DNA of 64,000 nt, taken from positions 44,743-108,742 of IMG/VR virus record IMGVR_UViG_3300010356_000998, one strand, 5' to 3'. Below, piece after piece: positions 34,417 to 45,985 of this stretch. The notes under the pieces are model-generated. The model was not told the DNA's origin. It made no database searches and saw only the letters and a list, made by a program, of their open reading frames with translations. Every line of letters starts with the position of its first letter. Position 1 is the stretch's first letter. The translations under genes and the position numbers were made by a program. Source of the DNA: a virus (lineage: Duplodnaviria; Caudoviricetes).

Positions 34417-37006
34417 ACAAGAAATAAAAAGTCCAGTTTTTTCGTTAAAAGTGTCGGAAAAACATAAACACGAAAATGACAATCAATGGTATAAGGATTA
34501 CATGAATTATGTAATACCTTCAGAAGCATCTTCTGTTGAAGATTATGATATGATGTTAAATTGTTATAAAATTGCAAATAATGATTTATCTGGTTTTAAA
34601 GATAAGATCAAAGAATTTTGTAATCCTCTTGGTGAAGACGTTGGTCAAATAAATGAAGAACTAGTTCCTTATCCAGAATTATATAATAAGATATCTGCAT
34701 TAAAAGGAGAAATGTTAAAAAGAGGTGATGATTTTAGAATTGTATTATTAACTGCAAAAGCTATACAAGATAAAAATGAAGCATTGTTTCAAAAAATAAA
34801 AATGTCAGTAGACGAAAAATTAGCAATTTTTCTGGAAAAACAAAAAGCTCAAATGCAGCAAATGAAACCAGAAGAAGCTGAAGAATATATAAAGTCTATA
34901 AGAACTCAATTAGAACCTGAAGATTTGTTAGCAAAAACATGGCAATCTGAACAAGAGATATTTGCAGACAAAGCTATAAAGTATTGTTATTACGATCAAG
35001 ATATTAAAACTAAAAAATTAGAGACATTTGAAGATGTTATTAATGTTGATAGATGTTTTATATTTTCTGGATGGAGATTTGGTAAACCAATTTTACAAAT
35101 AAGAAACCCTTTGTTTTCTATTTATCACAAAGCTCCTAATGAAAGATATATTCACAAAGGTGATTATTTTGCTTACAAGCAAGCAATTACTCCTGCAGAT
35201 GTATTTAATAATTATGATTTAACTGATGATGAAATTCAAAAACTAGGTTTGAATACATATAGTGCTACAGTTGCTGATAAAAGACATGCATTAGGTAAAA
35301 ATTCAAAACCAATTTTTGATAAGACTAATCAAGAATTAATGATGGCGGCTGATAAGACTTTAGTTCATGATAAAATGAAAGGGTTACATCAAACTTCTGC
35401 CAGAACATTACATAGACAATCTGATTTAATTTGGGAAACTCATTTTGAATTTAAGGCATATAAGGAATTAATATTTCTATCTTATATTGATGAATATAAC
35501 AAAGAAGTTGTAACAATAATGCCTTCTTCATTTTCTGATCAAATTCCAGATACAGCTGTTAAAGAATCTTTTATTAATAGGTATGGTCAAAAATCTACAA
35601 GATATGTTTGGGTTGATGAACTTACCGGTACTGAATATAAAACAGAAAATATATGGATACCTAGAAAATATGAAATTGTTAGATTAGGTAATAATGTATA
35701 TCCTATTTGTAGAGAAGTACCTAATCAACATACAAATATAGATGATCCTTTTGGTTCATTTGAACTTTCTACAAAAAGGATATTATTTTCAGCTCGTAAT
35801 GCAAAATCAGTATCTTTACTTCAAAGAGCTTTACCTTATTACTTTCAATATATTTTTATAAAACATATTCAAAATAAAGAACTATCTAAATACATAGGTT
35901 CTAATTTAGATATGGATGTTGATCAGATACCTGATGATTTAGGTAAAGATTTTATGGGTAATGATATTAGAGATAAATTCTTAACTTGGTTTTTATATTT
36001 AAAGAAAACTGGTATTAATTTTTATTCAGGTAGTCAAACTTCTTTAGGTGGATTACCCCCTGCAACAAGATCTCCTGGATCTAAAGGTATCACATTTGAT
36101 AATGCTATGAATATTTATAATCTACAACAACTTGTAGAACTTATAAAAAGAGAAATAGGCATGTCAATGGGGATTTCTCCACAGAGAGAATCTATGTTTG
36201 CACAAAATTCAAATGTAACAGATAATCAACAAGCAATTACTCAATCTTATAATATTACAGAACCTTATTATTATTTACATAATGAACTTTGGAAAGCTGC
36301 TATAAATGATTGGTTGACTAACTTTATAACATATTGTAGAAATATATTTTTAGCAAATCCTCAACTTAAAGAACATACGTTACATTATGTAATGCCTAAT
36401 GGTATGGAGGATTTACTTAGAGTTACTCCTGAAACATTAAACCACATGTCAATTGGATTATATGTTTCAAACTCTGGACAAAATCAAAAATATATTGATA
36501 CAATGTTTAATTATGGTTTGTCATTTGCTCAGAATGGTGGACAAGGTATGGAATCAATGTCTACATTAATTATGGCATTGGTTTCAGGAGCGTCTCCTCA
36601 AGAAATACACAAGTTAATTTTAATTGAACAAGATAAACAAGCTAAAAGACAAGAGCAACTTGAAAAAATGAGATTAGAATCTCAAGAAAAACAAGTCAAA
36701 TTGCAAGTTGAATCCAGAGAAGATGTACAAGCTCACGAAATAGAAAAGATTGTTGTAAAAGCTGTAGAAGATAGAAAGACAGCTCTTCTAGTTAATCAAT
36801 CACAGGTTGAAGAAGATGTTGATAACGATGGTGATGTAGATATGGTAGATATTGCAAAATTGAATATTGAACGAGAAAAGTTAAATCTTTCCAAAAGAGA
36901 GCAGGTTAGAAAAGAAAAGTTAGATGAAACTAATAAAGAACTTGCCGAAGAAAAATTAAAAATAGATCGTAAAAAAGCAAGTCAACCAAAAACAGCAAAA
37001 AAATAA
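34409..37006 (+). CDS. portal protein
   Basis: 865 aa, located after TerL and before the capsid; GISPQR motif and C-terminal coiled coil as in crAss-like portals. Confidence 0.75.
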   Translation: MNKQEIKSPVFSLKVSEKHKHENDNQWYKDYMNYVIPSEASSVEDYDMMLNCYKIANNDLSGFKDKIKEFCNPLGEDVGQINEELVPYPELYNKISALKGEMLKRGDDFRIVLLTAKAIQDKNEALFQKIKMSVDEKLAIFLEKQKAQMQQMKPEEAEEYIKSIRTQLEPEDLLAKTWQSEQEIFADKAIKYCYYDQDIKTKKLETFEDVINVDRCFIFSGWRFGKPILQIRNPLFSIYHKAPNERYIHKGDYFAYKQAITPADVFNNYDLTDDEIQKLGLNTYSATVADKRHALGKNSKPIFDKTNQELMMAADKTLVHDKMKGLHQTSARTLHRQSDLIWETHFEFKAYKELIFLSYIDEYNKEVVTIMPSSFSDQIPDTAVKESFINRYGQKSTRYVWVDELTGTEYKTENIWIPRKYEIVRLGNNVYPICREVPNQHTNIDDPFGSFELSTKRILFSARNAKSVSLLQRALPYYFQYIFIKHIQNKELSKYIGSNLDMDVDQIPDDLGKDFMGNDIRDKFLTWFLYLKKTGINFYSGSQTSLGGLPPATRSPGSKGITFDNAMNIYNLQQLVELIKREIGMSMGISPQRESMFAQNSNVTDNQQAITQSYNITEPYYYLHNELWKAAINDWLTNFITYCRNIFLANPQLKEHTLHYVMPNGMEDLLRVTPETLNHMSIGLYVSNSGQNQKYIDTMFNYGLSFAQNGGQGMESMSTLIMALVSGASPQEIHKLILIEQDKQAKRQEQLEKMRLESQEKQVKLQVESREDVQAHEIEKIVVKAVEDRKTALLVNQSQVEEDVDNDGDVDMVDIAKLNIEREKLNLSKREQVRKEKLDETNKELAEEKLKIDRKKASQPKTAKK

Positions 37007-37093
37007 TTTTGCATAAAATATTATAAAATGATGCAATTTACATTAAATTGTATAATTAAAAATAAAATAAATAAAAAACCTACGTAATTTTGT

Positions 37094-38077
37094 ATGGAAA
37101 ATAACACAATTCCAGAATTTGATTTAGAGCTTGATGATAAGATAGTAATTGATCTTCCTTTAGAAGACGATGATAATATAGCTAATGATTCTAAAGATAC
37201 ATCTGAAATAGATACTGGTTCTGAAGAAACTTCTCAAACAGTAGAGCAAAGTGAAACAGCTAAAATAATTTTTGAACAATTAGTAGAAGAAAATATATTA
37301 TCTGAAGATTCAGAGTTTGATGGTAGCTGGGAAGGTTTGCGAAAAAATGTATCAGAACTTCCTCAAAGAATTTTAAACTCCTTAGTAGAAACTAGAAACG
37401 ATGTTAGTAAAGATGTACTTCGTTATATATTTACATCAGATAATATTACTAAAGATGAGATGTTAAATTTTATAAAAACTAATTTAGAAGAATCCGTTGA
37501 AACAGAATTGCAATTAGAAACAATGGATGATGCTAGAGAGTTTTTGGAAAATGTTTATAAAAATAAAGGTTTGAAACCAAAAGCTATTGAAGCCACTTTA
37601 GCAGCTTTAGAAGAAGATGAGAGTTTACTTGAAGAAGCTAGAGAAGAATTAGAAAAGCAAAAATTAAACGCTAAACCAAAAACTGAAAAATTAATAGCTG
37701 AAAAAGAACAACAAGAGTATGAAGAAAAACAACGCAGAATTGAATATACAAACTCTGTTATATCAGCTTTAGAAGATACTGGTTGGAAAAAAACAAAAAT
37801 TGATACTATTAAACAAAAAATAGCTAATAATGAAATTAATCCTACATTAGTAGAAATTTTTAGAAACCCTAAAGCATTAGTTAAAATGGTTGATTTTATA
37901 AGTTATTACAAAAATGGAGACATTGATTACGATAAGTTTATAAATACAATTGAAACACCTAAAGCTAAAGATTTTAAAACAAGATTAGAAACATCTATTA
38001 GTTCACCAACTACTTCTAGTAGATCAAATTTAAAAAATCCTGAAGAGGAGCTTAATAATTTAAAAGCAATAATTTAA
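37094..38077 (+). CDS. putative scaffolding protein
   Basis: Acidic helical protein between portal and major capsid. Confidence 0.5.
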   Translation: MENNTIPEFDLELDDKIVIDLPLEDDDNIANDSKDTSEIDTGSEETSQTVEQSETAKIIFEQLVEENILSEDSEFDGSWEGLRKNVSELPQRILNSLVETRNDVSKDVLRYIFTSDNITKDEMLNFIKTNLEESVETELQLETMDDAREFLENVYKNKGLKPKAIEATLAALEEDESLLEEAREELEKQKLNAKPKTEKLIAEKEQQEYEEKQRRIEYTNSVISALEDTGWKKTKIDTIKQKIANNEINPTLVEIFRNPKALVKMVDFISYYKNGDIDYDKFINTIETPKAKDFKTRLETSISSPTTSSRSNLKNPEEELNNLKAII

Positions 38078-38086
38078 TAAAATTTT

Positions 38087-39691
38087 ATGAGTAGAAAAAC
38101 AGCATTACAAACTGTTGAACGTCATGCATGGGGTGGGTCATATTTTGATTCACTTACTCACGCTGCAATGTTCAAACGCTATCAACCATTTAACTTCGGT
38201 GTTCGTACATCTCAGTTATTTTCTTCTAAACTTGGTAGCCATTTAGTAAACAAAAAATTTACTTACATGACATCTGCCAAAAAGAACGTTTATGTTCTTC
38301 CTGGTGGAACTGATGATTATCAGTGGTTCCTTATGGGTGACGCTGATGTAGATTTCCGTATTACGGAACTTTTAGTAGCTAGCGATGCTACTCCGGGTAA
38401 AGGTAATCTCCCATTTAAAATTGCTGCTGACCGTGATTGGCTTCATGAACCAGCTGTAATTAAACTTGAAGGTTCTAACTTGCCTCTTTTAAGAATCATA
38501 GGTCATCCTGTACAACGTTCTGTAAACTCTTGGGAGTATGAAGTAGAACTGCAAACTGGTGATCCTAATGCATGGATTCCTGTTGAATATCTGATGCCTG
38601 GTCGTAGATTCATGCGTGTATCTACATTAGTATCTGATGAACTTAATACAAAATACGCTCCTGATCAGTATGGTGAGATGTTTAAACTTCAGTCTTGGGT
38701 AGCTAACTATGCTAATAAAGCTGAATTTACTGATAAATTCATTCGTACTGAAATAGCTTGTCGTAAAGAAGGAAGAGCTCTTCCAAGTAATGCAGGCTAT
38801 TCTGTAGGTGGTGCAATGTATTCTGAAGGCGCTGTAAGTACGGGATATGTATATCAACAAGAGTTCCAATCTAACGATAAAACCACTATTGAAAAAGGTG
38901 TGTTTATTTCTAAGATTGAAGCGCGCTTGCTTGATCGTACAGAAATGGACCGTGAGATGGCTATGGAATTTGGTCAATTGCAAAAAACAGTAGATCGTGA
39001 ATCCGGTAGAGTTATTAAAGCTGCTCCAGGATGGAGACAAATCGTTAGAGATGGTCACTATAAAGAGCATAATGGTACATTGACTCTTAGTGAGATTTAT
39101 GAATACTTGCAACAAATTTTCATTACTCGTAAATCATTTACTGATCGTCATATTATGATTGCTTCTGGTGAAGCAGGTATCGAATTTTTGAGCAGACTTA
39201 TTGCTTCTGAAGCTAGTCAGTTCCAATACATTGATACGTTGTTTACTACTAAGCGTACTGATCCACAAGGTTACCACCCCAATGAGCTTGAATATGGTGC
39301 TCAGTTTACCAAAATCAAGATGACAAACGGTGTAATTGTAGAGATCGTATATGATCCAATTAAAGATGATCGTAAACTTTTCCCTGAGTTAGCTCCTGGT
39401 ACTAATCGTACTATTGAGTCTTATGCAATGGATATCTTTGACTTCGGTGTAACTGAACAAAAAGCTAACGATGCTGCTCGTGATGAAAATATTACAATGG
39501 TTATGCAAGATGGTGTAGAGTCTTACTTTACTGTAAGTAACGTTTATGACTTTAATACTGGAGCTATCAAGGATGGTAGCAACGCATACGCTAATAATAA
39601 AGAACTCGGTATTTACCGTGAATTGTCTGGTTCTCTTTGTGTTTGGGACGTAACTCGTGTCGGACGTATTGAATATGTACCTGTACAATAA
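38087..39691 (+). CDS. major capsid protein
   Basis: 534 aa; codon bias of a highly expressed gene; synteny; followed by a terminator. Confidence 0.78.
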   Translation: MSRKTALQTVERHAWGGSYFDSLTHAAMFKRYQPFNFGVRTSQLFSSKLGSHLVNKKFTYMTSAKKNVYVLPGGTDDYQWFLMGDADVDFRITELLVASDATPGKGNLPFKIAADRDWLHEPAVIKLEGSNLPLLRIIGHPVQRSVNSWEYEVELQTGDPNAWIPVEYLMPGRRFMRVSTLVSDELNTKYAPDQYGEMFKLQSWVANYANKAEFTDKFIRTEIACRKEGRALPSNAGYSVGGAMYSEGAVSTGYVYQQEFQSNDKTTIEKGVFISKIEARLLDRTEMDREMAMEFGQLQKTVDRESGRVIKAAPGWRQIVRDGHYKEHNGTLTLSEIYEYLQQIFITRKSFTDRHIMIASGEAGIEFLSRLIASEASQFQYIDTLFTTKRTDPQGYHPNELEYGAQFTKIKMTNGVIVEIVYDPIKDDRKLFPELAPGTNRTIESYAMDIFDFGVTEQKANDAARDENITMVMQDGVESYFTVSNVYDFNTGAIKDGSNAYANNKELGIYRELSGSLCVWDVTRVGRIEYVPVQ

Positions 39692-39705
39692 TAACTAATT
39701 TTAAT

Positions 39706-39745
39706 CCCGGTAGTCCCTGAAGAAATTCAAACTACCGGGTTTTTT
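39706..39745 (+). terminator. intrinsic terminator
   Basis: CCCGGTAGT/ACTACCGGG hairpin plus T6. Confidence 0.8.
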
Positions 39746-39747
39746 AA

Positions 39748-40905
39748 ATGCAAGAAAAGCAAACTGATATGAAAAATCAAAAAACAACCATCTACGTAAA
39801 TCCGATTAATCGGATGTCTGCACAAGGTAGACACAAACAAAGTTTCACTATTCAACAAAAAACAGGTGAATTTGTACCCACAGTGGGTATGCAAAAAAAT
39901 AAAGAATTTGGTGTTCCTTCAGAATATAGTTTTAGAGCTAATGTTTCTACAAATAAGTTAATTACAGGTTTAGATAAAATGGTACAAAATCCATATAAAG
40001 ATCTTGAACCACATTTAATTGTAGAACAAAACGGTCTTTCTCAAGATTGGGTAAAACATCTTGAATATATTGTAAAACAAGACCAAATAAAATTGCAAAC
40101 TCAGTATGAGATTATAGATAATGTTCCCTATAATCATTATACTAATGAAATAACTGGATCAATGTTTTCTTCAAACTGGAAAGCAAATCTAGAAAAACCA
40201 AGAAACTTTTTAGAAAGTTTTAAAATTATTTTATACGATAGACCTAATGAATTTTCTGATGATACACCTAGAGGTAGGTTGTCAATTATGTTAATAAAAA
40301 ATCATCCTAAGATTGCAGCAAATAAAACTATGGCTAATGCTGCTGTGCATGATTGGTATATTTCAGAAGAGAATGAGGCGGCTATTGAAAAACTTAAAAA
40401 GAGAGATATTATAGAAGATGCTGTATGGAAATGGGGTAATCTTAAACAAAAAACTACGCCTTATATTGTATATCAAGTAGCTAGTCTTTTGAAAAATAAT
40501 GATGGTAATCCTATTGTAAAAGGTAAAATGAATGATATAACAGTTAGAAATCAAATCTCAGATTTTATTAATGATTCTACAACTTATCAATTAGATAATA
40601 TAGAAAAGTTCAATAAACTTTATAATATGGTTACCAGTGATAAAGAAAGTAGACAAAGATTCGAGTCTATGTATCTTGTTCAGCAAGCTATTAATCTTAA
40701 TATTATAGGTGTAAGAGATGGTTTTTATGTATGGCATTCTAAATCTTCTCAAGATAATATATATAAGCATACTACTTATGATGCTTTAGTAAGTACTATT
40801 CAAAGAGAATTTCTTAATTATAATCCAACTGAAACCGATATTTCTAACTGGTATAAAGATCTTTTAGAAGAAGTTAAAAATAAAGGTGGTTGGGTTGAAA
40901 ACTAA
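39748..40905 (+). CDS. conserved late hypothetical protein
   Basis: 385 aa, directly after the major capsid gene. Confidence 0.6.
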   Translation: MQEKQTDMKNQKTTIYVNPINRMSAQGRHKQSFTIQQKTGEFVPTVGMQKNKEFGVPSEYSFRANVSTNKLITGLDKMVQNPYKDLEPHLIVEQNGLSQDWVKHLEYIVKQDQIKLQTQYEIIDNVPYNHYTNEITGSMFSSNWKANLEKPRNFLESFKIILYDRPNEFSDDTPRGRLSIMLIKNHPKIAANKTMANAAVHDWYISEENEAAIEKLKKRDIIEDAVWKWGNLKQKTTPYIVYQVASLLKNNDGNPIVKGKMNDITVRNQISDFINDSTTYQLDNIEKFNKLYNMVTSDKESRQRFESMYLVQQAINLNIIGVRDGFYVWHSKSSQDNIYKHTTYDALVSTIQREFLNYNPTETDISNWYKDLLEEVKNKGGWVEN

Positions 40906-40910
40906 AAACT

Positions 40911-41654
40911 ATGAATATTCAAAGAATGCATTCCGAAGTAAAACTTCGGTATAATAAACTCAATTCAAATAACAAACCAGATTTACCTAAACAATTTATA
41001 GATGATTATTTAAATAATGCTCAAGATGAGTTTATAAGAATTTGTTATGCTGGTAATAACACAAAGAAATTTAAAATAGGTTTTGAAGTAACTCAGCAAA
41101 GAATTGATTTATTATCGTCTATTGTAATCCCAGAAGAAACTGTTTCATCTGTTTCGTTATTTAAACCAAATGTGTATAAAATAGAATTAAATGATCTAAC
41201 ACATCCATATAGACATTTAATTAGATTATATGCAAACACTTCTTGTGGAAAGATAGAATGTATTCCTGTTAAACATGAAGATATTGATCCTTATTTAAGA
41301 AATGAAAACACAAAACCTTCAGCGATTTGGAGACGTTGTTTATATGTTGTAGCTAGTGATGGCTCAAACAATCCTTGTTTGTATTTATATACAGGAGGAG
41401 AATTTACAATAACTAGTGTAACACTTAGTTATATTAAAGAACCTAAAAAAGTATTTTTTGGAGGGTATAACACTTTAGAGTTTATAAATGGTGATGCTAC
41501 TGCTCCTAGTACAGTAACCCCTGCTATTAATACAGAGTTGCCACAAACTTCTCATGATTTTATAGTAGATATTGCAGTACAACTTATTAGCCGTTCTTTA
41601 GAAGATATAAATCAGCTTCAAATAACTGAAGATAAAATTACAAGAACAATTTAA
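40911..41654 (+). CDS. tail ring / head-tail adaptor protein
   Basis: IDDYLNNAQ...YIKEP...ELP..H..IVDIAV pattern. Confidence 0.65.
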   Translation: MNIQRMHSEVKLRYNKLNSNNKPDLPKQFIDDYLNNAQDEFIRICYAGNNTKKFKIGFEVTQQRIDLLSSIVIPEETVSSVSLFKPNVYKIELNDLTHPYRHLIRLYANTSCGKIECIPVKHEDIDPYLRNENTKPSAIWRRCLYVVASDGSNNPCLYLYTGGEFTITSVTLSYIKEPKKVFFGGYNTLEFINGDATAPSTVTPAINTELPQTSHDFIVDIAVQLISRSLEDINQLQITEDKITRTI

Positions 41655-41661
41655 TTTAATT

Positions 41662-43347
41662 ATGTCAAAAAGAACAAACAAACTTTCAGTACCAGTTATT
41701 GAAGTAGCTACTGGTGATCAGGTGCTTGCTTCCGGTACTCTTACTAGTTCTACTAGTGATTTAAACATTAACAACGGTCAAATTGGAGTATTATCTTGGG
41801 ACTTTAATGGAACTAAACCATTGGGTACTTTTATAGATTCTACTGACAATGCTACCGATGTAAGTGCTATTAAAATTCTTGTAGGCACTCCTAAATCTTC
41901 TGCATCTCATTTAGCTGATTTGTGGGAGGTTGGTGATAAAGCTTACGTAGAAAGCGGTGTTATTAGAGCCGGTCAAATTAGAAGCGTAGCTGTAGAAAAA
42001 GCTCGTTTTGCAAAATGGGGTGGTGTAGCCGCGACAAATTTCCCAACTCCAGCTGATGATGTAGAATATAAAGCATATATTAGATTGCTTTCTGTTAGAA
42101 AAGATAGAGATTATGGTAAAAATAACGATGTGCTTTCTGTAGTAGTTCCCGCTACTGATTTTACCGGTTTAGCTATTACTAGCCCTAAAGATTATGTTAT
42201 CAAACAAATGGTTGATAAAATTAATCGTTATAGTGCTATAGTTAATCAAAACGGAAATCAAGCTAAAGGTAATAAAGAAGTTGTAGCAATGGCTGTTAGA
42301 TCTACTGGATTTACTGCTGGTGCTGCTACAGCTACTGTTAATGCTGGTGCAGTTACTGCAGTTACTGTGGGTACAGCTGGTACAGGTTATGAAGTAGCTC
42401 CTACTATTAGTTTTACTGGTGGTGGCGGAAATGGTGCAACAGCTGTAGCTACAATTAACGCTGCTGGTGCTATTACTGCAATTACTGTAACTAACGGTGG
42501 TACTGGGTATGCTACAGCACCTACGGTTGTAATATCTGGTGGTGGTGTAACTACTATTGGTACAATTGCTGTAGGTACTTCTGTTCCATTCCAAACTATT
42601 AATGGTGTTACAACAAGTATCACTGCTGATGAAGCTTTCATCACTGCTCTAGCTGAATTAGTTAATTCTAATGCAGATTTGACAGGAACATCTGTAATAG
42701 TAGTTACTAATGCTGCAACTGCTGGTCAAGGTACAAAATCTGACGGTCTTATTGTATTAGGTCTTCCTGCTACAGAAGCTGCTTATTTTGATAATATTGA
42801 ACAAGTTCAAACAACTGCTGAAGTAAGTTTTGGTGGCGGATTTGAATCTGTTTCTACCAGACCTACAGTAACAAAAATGTGGGCTGAGGAAGGTACTGGT
42901 CAAGGATCTAAATGGATTATTAATTCATTTGACAGATATTTACTGACAGTACACACTAAACAAAATCATCCACACGGTGAATGGTTTAAAACAGGTAAAG
43001 ATTATATTGATGCTGATAAATTGTATACCAGCTATTCTATCGATTTTTACGATACTGAAGATGCTTTGAATACACAAATCACATCTCCTAAAAATGTTAC
43101 TATATTGTTTCCTTGCGAAAAAAGTTCTGCTTTTACCGTTAATGTAAATAATGTTGTAACTAGGTTAGCTGCTGGAAACACTCCAATTACAATGCTTACA
43201 AGTGACGGCGCAGGCACAGGAACTGCTTCTGCAAATACTGTATCTGATGTTAATGATATCTTGGATGCTTGGTTGGAATCTGCCAGAGCGATCAAACCTT
43301 TTGATTTAATTGGTGAGGCTGTTGTAGGTGGGCCTTACTTGTCTTAA
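41662..43347 (+). CDS. abundant virion structural protein (auxiliary capsid-like) with inserted repeat module
   Basis: Ala/Thr/Gly-rich; followed by a terminator; tandem GTGY..APT repeats. Confidence 0.55.
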   Translation: MSKRTNKLSVPVIEVATGDQVLASGTLTSSTSDLNINNGQIGVLSWDFNGTKPLGTFIDSTDNATDVSAIKILVGTPKSSASHLADLWEVGDKAYVESGVIRAGQIRSVAVEKARFAKWGGVAATNFPTPADDVEYKAYIRLLSVRKDRDYGKNNDVLSVVVPATDFTGLAITSPKDYVIKQMVDKINRYSAIVNQNGNQAKGNKEVVAMAVRSTGFTAGAATATVNAGAVTAVTVGTAGTGYEVAPTISFTGGGGNGATAVATINAAGAITAITVTNGGTGYATAPTVVISGGGVTTIGTIAVGTSVPFQTINGVTTSITADEAFITALAELVNSNADLTGTSVIVVTNAATAGQGTKSDGLIVLGLPATEAAYFDNIEQVQTTAEVSFGGGFESVSTRPTVTKMWAEEGTGQGSKWIINSFDRYLLTVHTKQNHPHGEWFKTGKDYIDADKLYTSYSIDFYDTEDALNTQITSPKNVTILFPCEKSSAFTVNVNNVVTRLAAGNTPITMLTSDGAGTGTASANTVSDVNDILDAWLESARAIKPFDLIGEAVVGGPYLS

Positions 43348-43363
43348 TTCCTTATTTTTTATT

Positions 43364-43399
43364 AGGGGGCTTATGTTGCATTACGTAAGTCCCCTTTTT
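43364..43399 (+). terminator. intrinsic terminator
   Basis: AGGGGGCTTATG/CGTAAGTCCCCT hairpin plus T-run. Confidence 0.75.
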
Positions 43400-43410
43400 C
43401 ATTTATACCG

Positions 43411-45978
43411 ATGGGAAAATACGATAAATATAAAAAAATAATATTATCTGCTAATCTGATAAAAACTATGATAACTACTTCAATACCGGGTAGTTATGGC
43501 CAGCTTACTACAGCTGGGCCTGGTAATGAAGGTGTTGATTTAGCAGAATGGATTAATGAAAAAATAGATGAAGGTGTTATTATTTCGCCATCTACCCCAT
43601 CAGCAACTAACTTGTCTTTTATAAGAGATTCTACTTCAGTAACTGTTCAATCTGATACAGGGACTGATGCTGTTCTTCCTATAGCAACTCCTACACTTGC
43701 TGGTGTAATGTCAGCATCTGATAAAACAAATCTTAGTAGTTTAATTGTATTAAGTGGTGTTCCGGCAGGATCGTCTCATTTGAATACATTTACCGGAACT
43801 ATAATTCCTGATAATTCTTCTATCAAAGAGGCTCTACAAGCTTTAGAAACAGAACTTGAAAACGCATCTGATGGAAATGGTATTTATTCAGGATCAGGGA
43901 CAATTCCTACCACAACCGTAGCTACAGTTACTGATAGATTTAGTATTGACATACCTGTTACAAGTGGCATATTTGAAGTAGGTGATTATAATAATGTTGT
44001 TACAAACGGCAATCATTTTATAAGACTTCAAACAGATTATGGCATAGAGATGGGAAGATCTGCTGGATTTTTCCCTAGATTTGAAATGAATCCTTTTAAA
44101 ACTGAATTTTACGGACCTGCTGAATTTGGATTTGATGTTTTTCATTTTAATCTTACTCAACCGGGTTATTTAAATACAGAAAAAATTAAATTTAATATTG
44201 GTAGTTCTAATGGAAATTTCCAAGGTTTAGTTTATTCAAATGATTTTTCTGCAAATTTCGTAGCTAACTCTTTAATAACTAAACAATATTTAGAAGATCA
44301 ACTAACAGCTCTTCCACATAATGACCTAACAGGTTTACAAGGAGGTATTGCTGGAGAATATTATCATTTAACTAAAGCACAACATGATACTCTTTTCTTA
44401 ACAGCTCCACCTAATTCATTAGTAGGATCAGATAATGGAGGTAGTATCAAAGCTTTAGGAGTAGCTGGTTCTATAACATTTTCAGGAACTAATATTCAAT
44501 TAGTAAATGATAATGTATCTCCCGGTAATAATAAATATTATGGTACTGATGCTAGTGGTGTAAAAGGATTTCATGATATTACTTTATTAGGGGTATCTTC
44601 AGTTTCTGTTACAGATTCTTCCGATATTGATTTTACAGTAACCAATCCTACAACTACACCGAATATTACAGGAGTATTAACTTCAACAGGAGTTATTGCA
44701 GGTAGTTATGGTAGTAGTTCAGCAGTTCCTATATATACAGTTGATTCAAAAGGTAGATTAACTTCAGCTGGAAATACAAGTATTTCTATATCAAGTTCTT
44801 CAGTTGTTGATTTTAATGAATCTGTTGACGATCGTGTTAATACTTTATTAGTTGCTGGAACAGGTATTACTTTAAATTATGATGATACAGCTAATACATT
44901 AACTATAGCAAGTTCTGGTACAGTTAGTGGAACAGGTACTGCTAATTATGTAGCATATTGGAATAGTTCTTCTAGTTTAACTGGAGATATTGATTTTCAA
45001 TTTGATGGTACTTATTTAACCTTAGGAACTCCTACACCAGCTTCTTTAAGTAGATTTACTACAAAAGGAACTGGTTCTACAGTTTCTACATTTGGTTGGA
45101 CTCATCAAAATTTAGCTGGAAATAATGTTTTTCAAGTAGCTGATAACGGCGCTGTAACAATAGGAGCTTTAGGAGATGTATATATACATCCTGATCAGAT
45201 GAATATATCTGCTGGAGGTACGTATGTTATTTCTAAATCTGGTGGTGATTTAGGTCTTTATTCAGATACTACTGTAGTTGTTGAAGGTGGTGGGATTGCA
45301 ACAACAACCCCGTCATTTAAATCTGTAGCTACGAGATCTAGTAATATAGGAACTTTAATTAACGCACAGATTCAGGGAACTTTTAATATGGTAGCTGGAT
45401 CTAACCGTTACTCAGATCTTTATATTGACACACAAGTAAATCAGTCTGGTGGTACGTCTCCAATTAGATCTATTTACATTAATCCAACTCTTACTGCAGC
45501 TACTAATTATGCAGGTATAGAGATAAATGCTCCTGGACATCATGCATTGAGAACAACAGCCGGTAAGGTTAGATTTGATCTTGGGTCTGATGCTGTAGGG
45601 GATATTTACTATAGAGATGCTAATGGTGATTTAGCAAGGTTACCTATTGGTGGGCCCACTGAAGTATTAGGTTCTGATGGCACAATACCGGCATGGACCA
45701 CTACCGCTGGTTCATTACCGGGAGGTACTGCCGGCTCTTTCTTACTTTACTCAGGCGGATCTTGGGTATCAGGAACTTACCTTAGAGAAATACAAACAGG
45801 CATGACAGGAACTAATGTTACTCTAGCTAGTACTCCATTAGTAGATACTCCTGTACAAATTTATAAAAATGGTTTATTACAAAACGTTGGTGATGATTAT
45901 ACTATAGTAGGTACTACACTTACTATGGTTATCGCACTTGTAACTACAGATAAGATAACCGCAATTTATTATATTTAA
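43411..45978 (+). CDS. tail or head fibre protein
   Basis: 855 aa Ser/Thr/Gly-rich; AGVMSASDK, HNDLTGLQGG, VDSKGRLT fibre motifs. Confidence 0.7.
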   Translation: MGKYDKYKKIILSANLIKTMITTSIPGSYGQLTTAGPGNEGVDLAEWINEKIDEGVIISPSTPSATNLSFIRDSTSVTVQSDTGTDAVLPIATPTLAGVMSASDKTNLSSLIVLSGVPAGSSHLNTFTGTIIPDNSSIKEALQALETELENASDGNGIYSGSGTIPTTTVATVTDRFSIDIPVTSGIFEVGDYNNVVTNGNHFIRLQTDYGIEMGRSAGFFPRFEMNPFKTEFYGPAEFGFDVFHFNLTQPGYLNTEKIKFNIGSSNGNFQGLVYSNDFSANFVANSLITKQYLEDQLTALPHNDLTGLQGGIAGEYYHLTKAQHDTLFLTAPPNSLVGSDNGGSIKALGVAGSITFSGTNIQLVNDNVSPGNNKYYGTDASGVKGFHDITLLGVSSVSVTDSSDIDFTVTNPTTTPNITGVLTSTGVIAGSYGSSSAVPIYTVDSKGRLTSAGNTSISISSSSVVDFNESVDDRVNTLLVAGTGITLNYDDTANTLTIASSGTVSGTGTANYVAYWNSSSSLTGDIDFQFDGTYLTLGTPTPASLSRFTTKGTGSTVSTFGWTHQNLAGNNVFQVADNGAVTIGALGDVYIHPDQMNISAGGTYVISKSGGDLGLYSDTTVVVEGGGIATTTPSFKSVATRSSNIGTLINAQIQGTFNMVAGSNRYSDLYIDTQVNQSGGTSPIRSIYINPTLTAATNYAGIEINAPGHHALRTTAGKVRFDLGSDAVGDIYYRDANGDLARLPIGGPTEVLGSDGTIPAWTTTAGSLPGGTAGSFLLYSGGSWVSGTYLREIQTGMTGTNVTLASTPLVDTPVQIYKNGLLQNVGDDYTIVGTTLTMVIALVTTDKITAIYYI

Positions 45979-45985
45979 TTAACAA

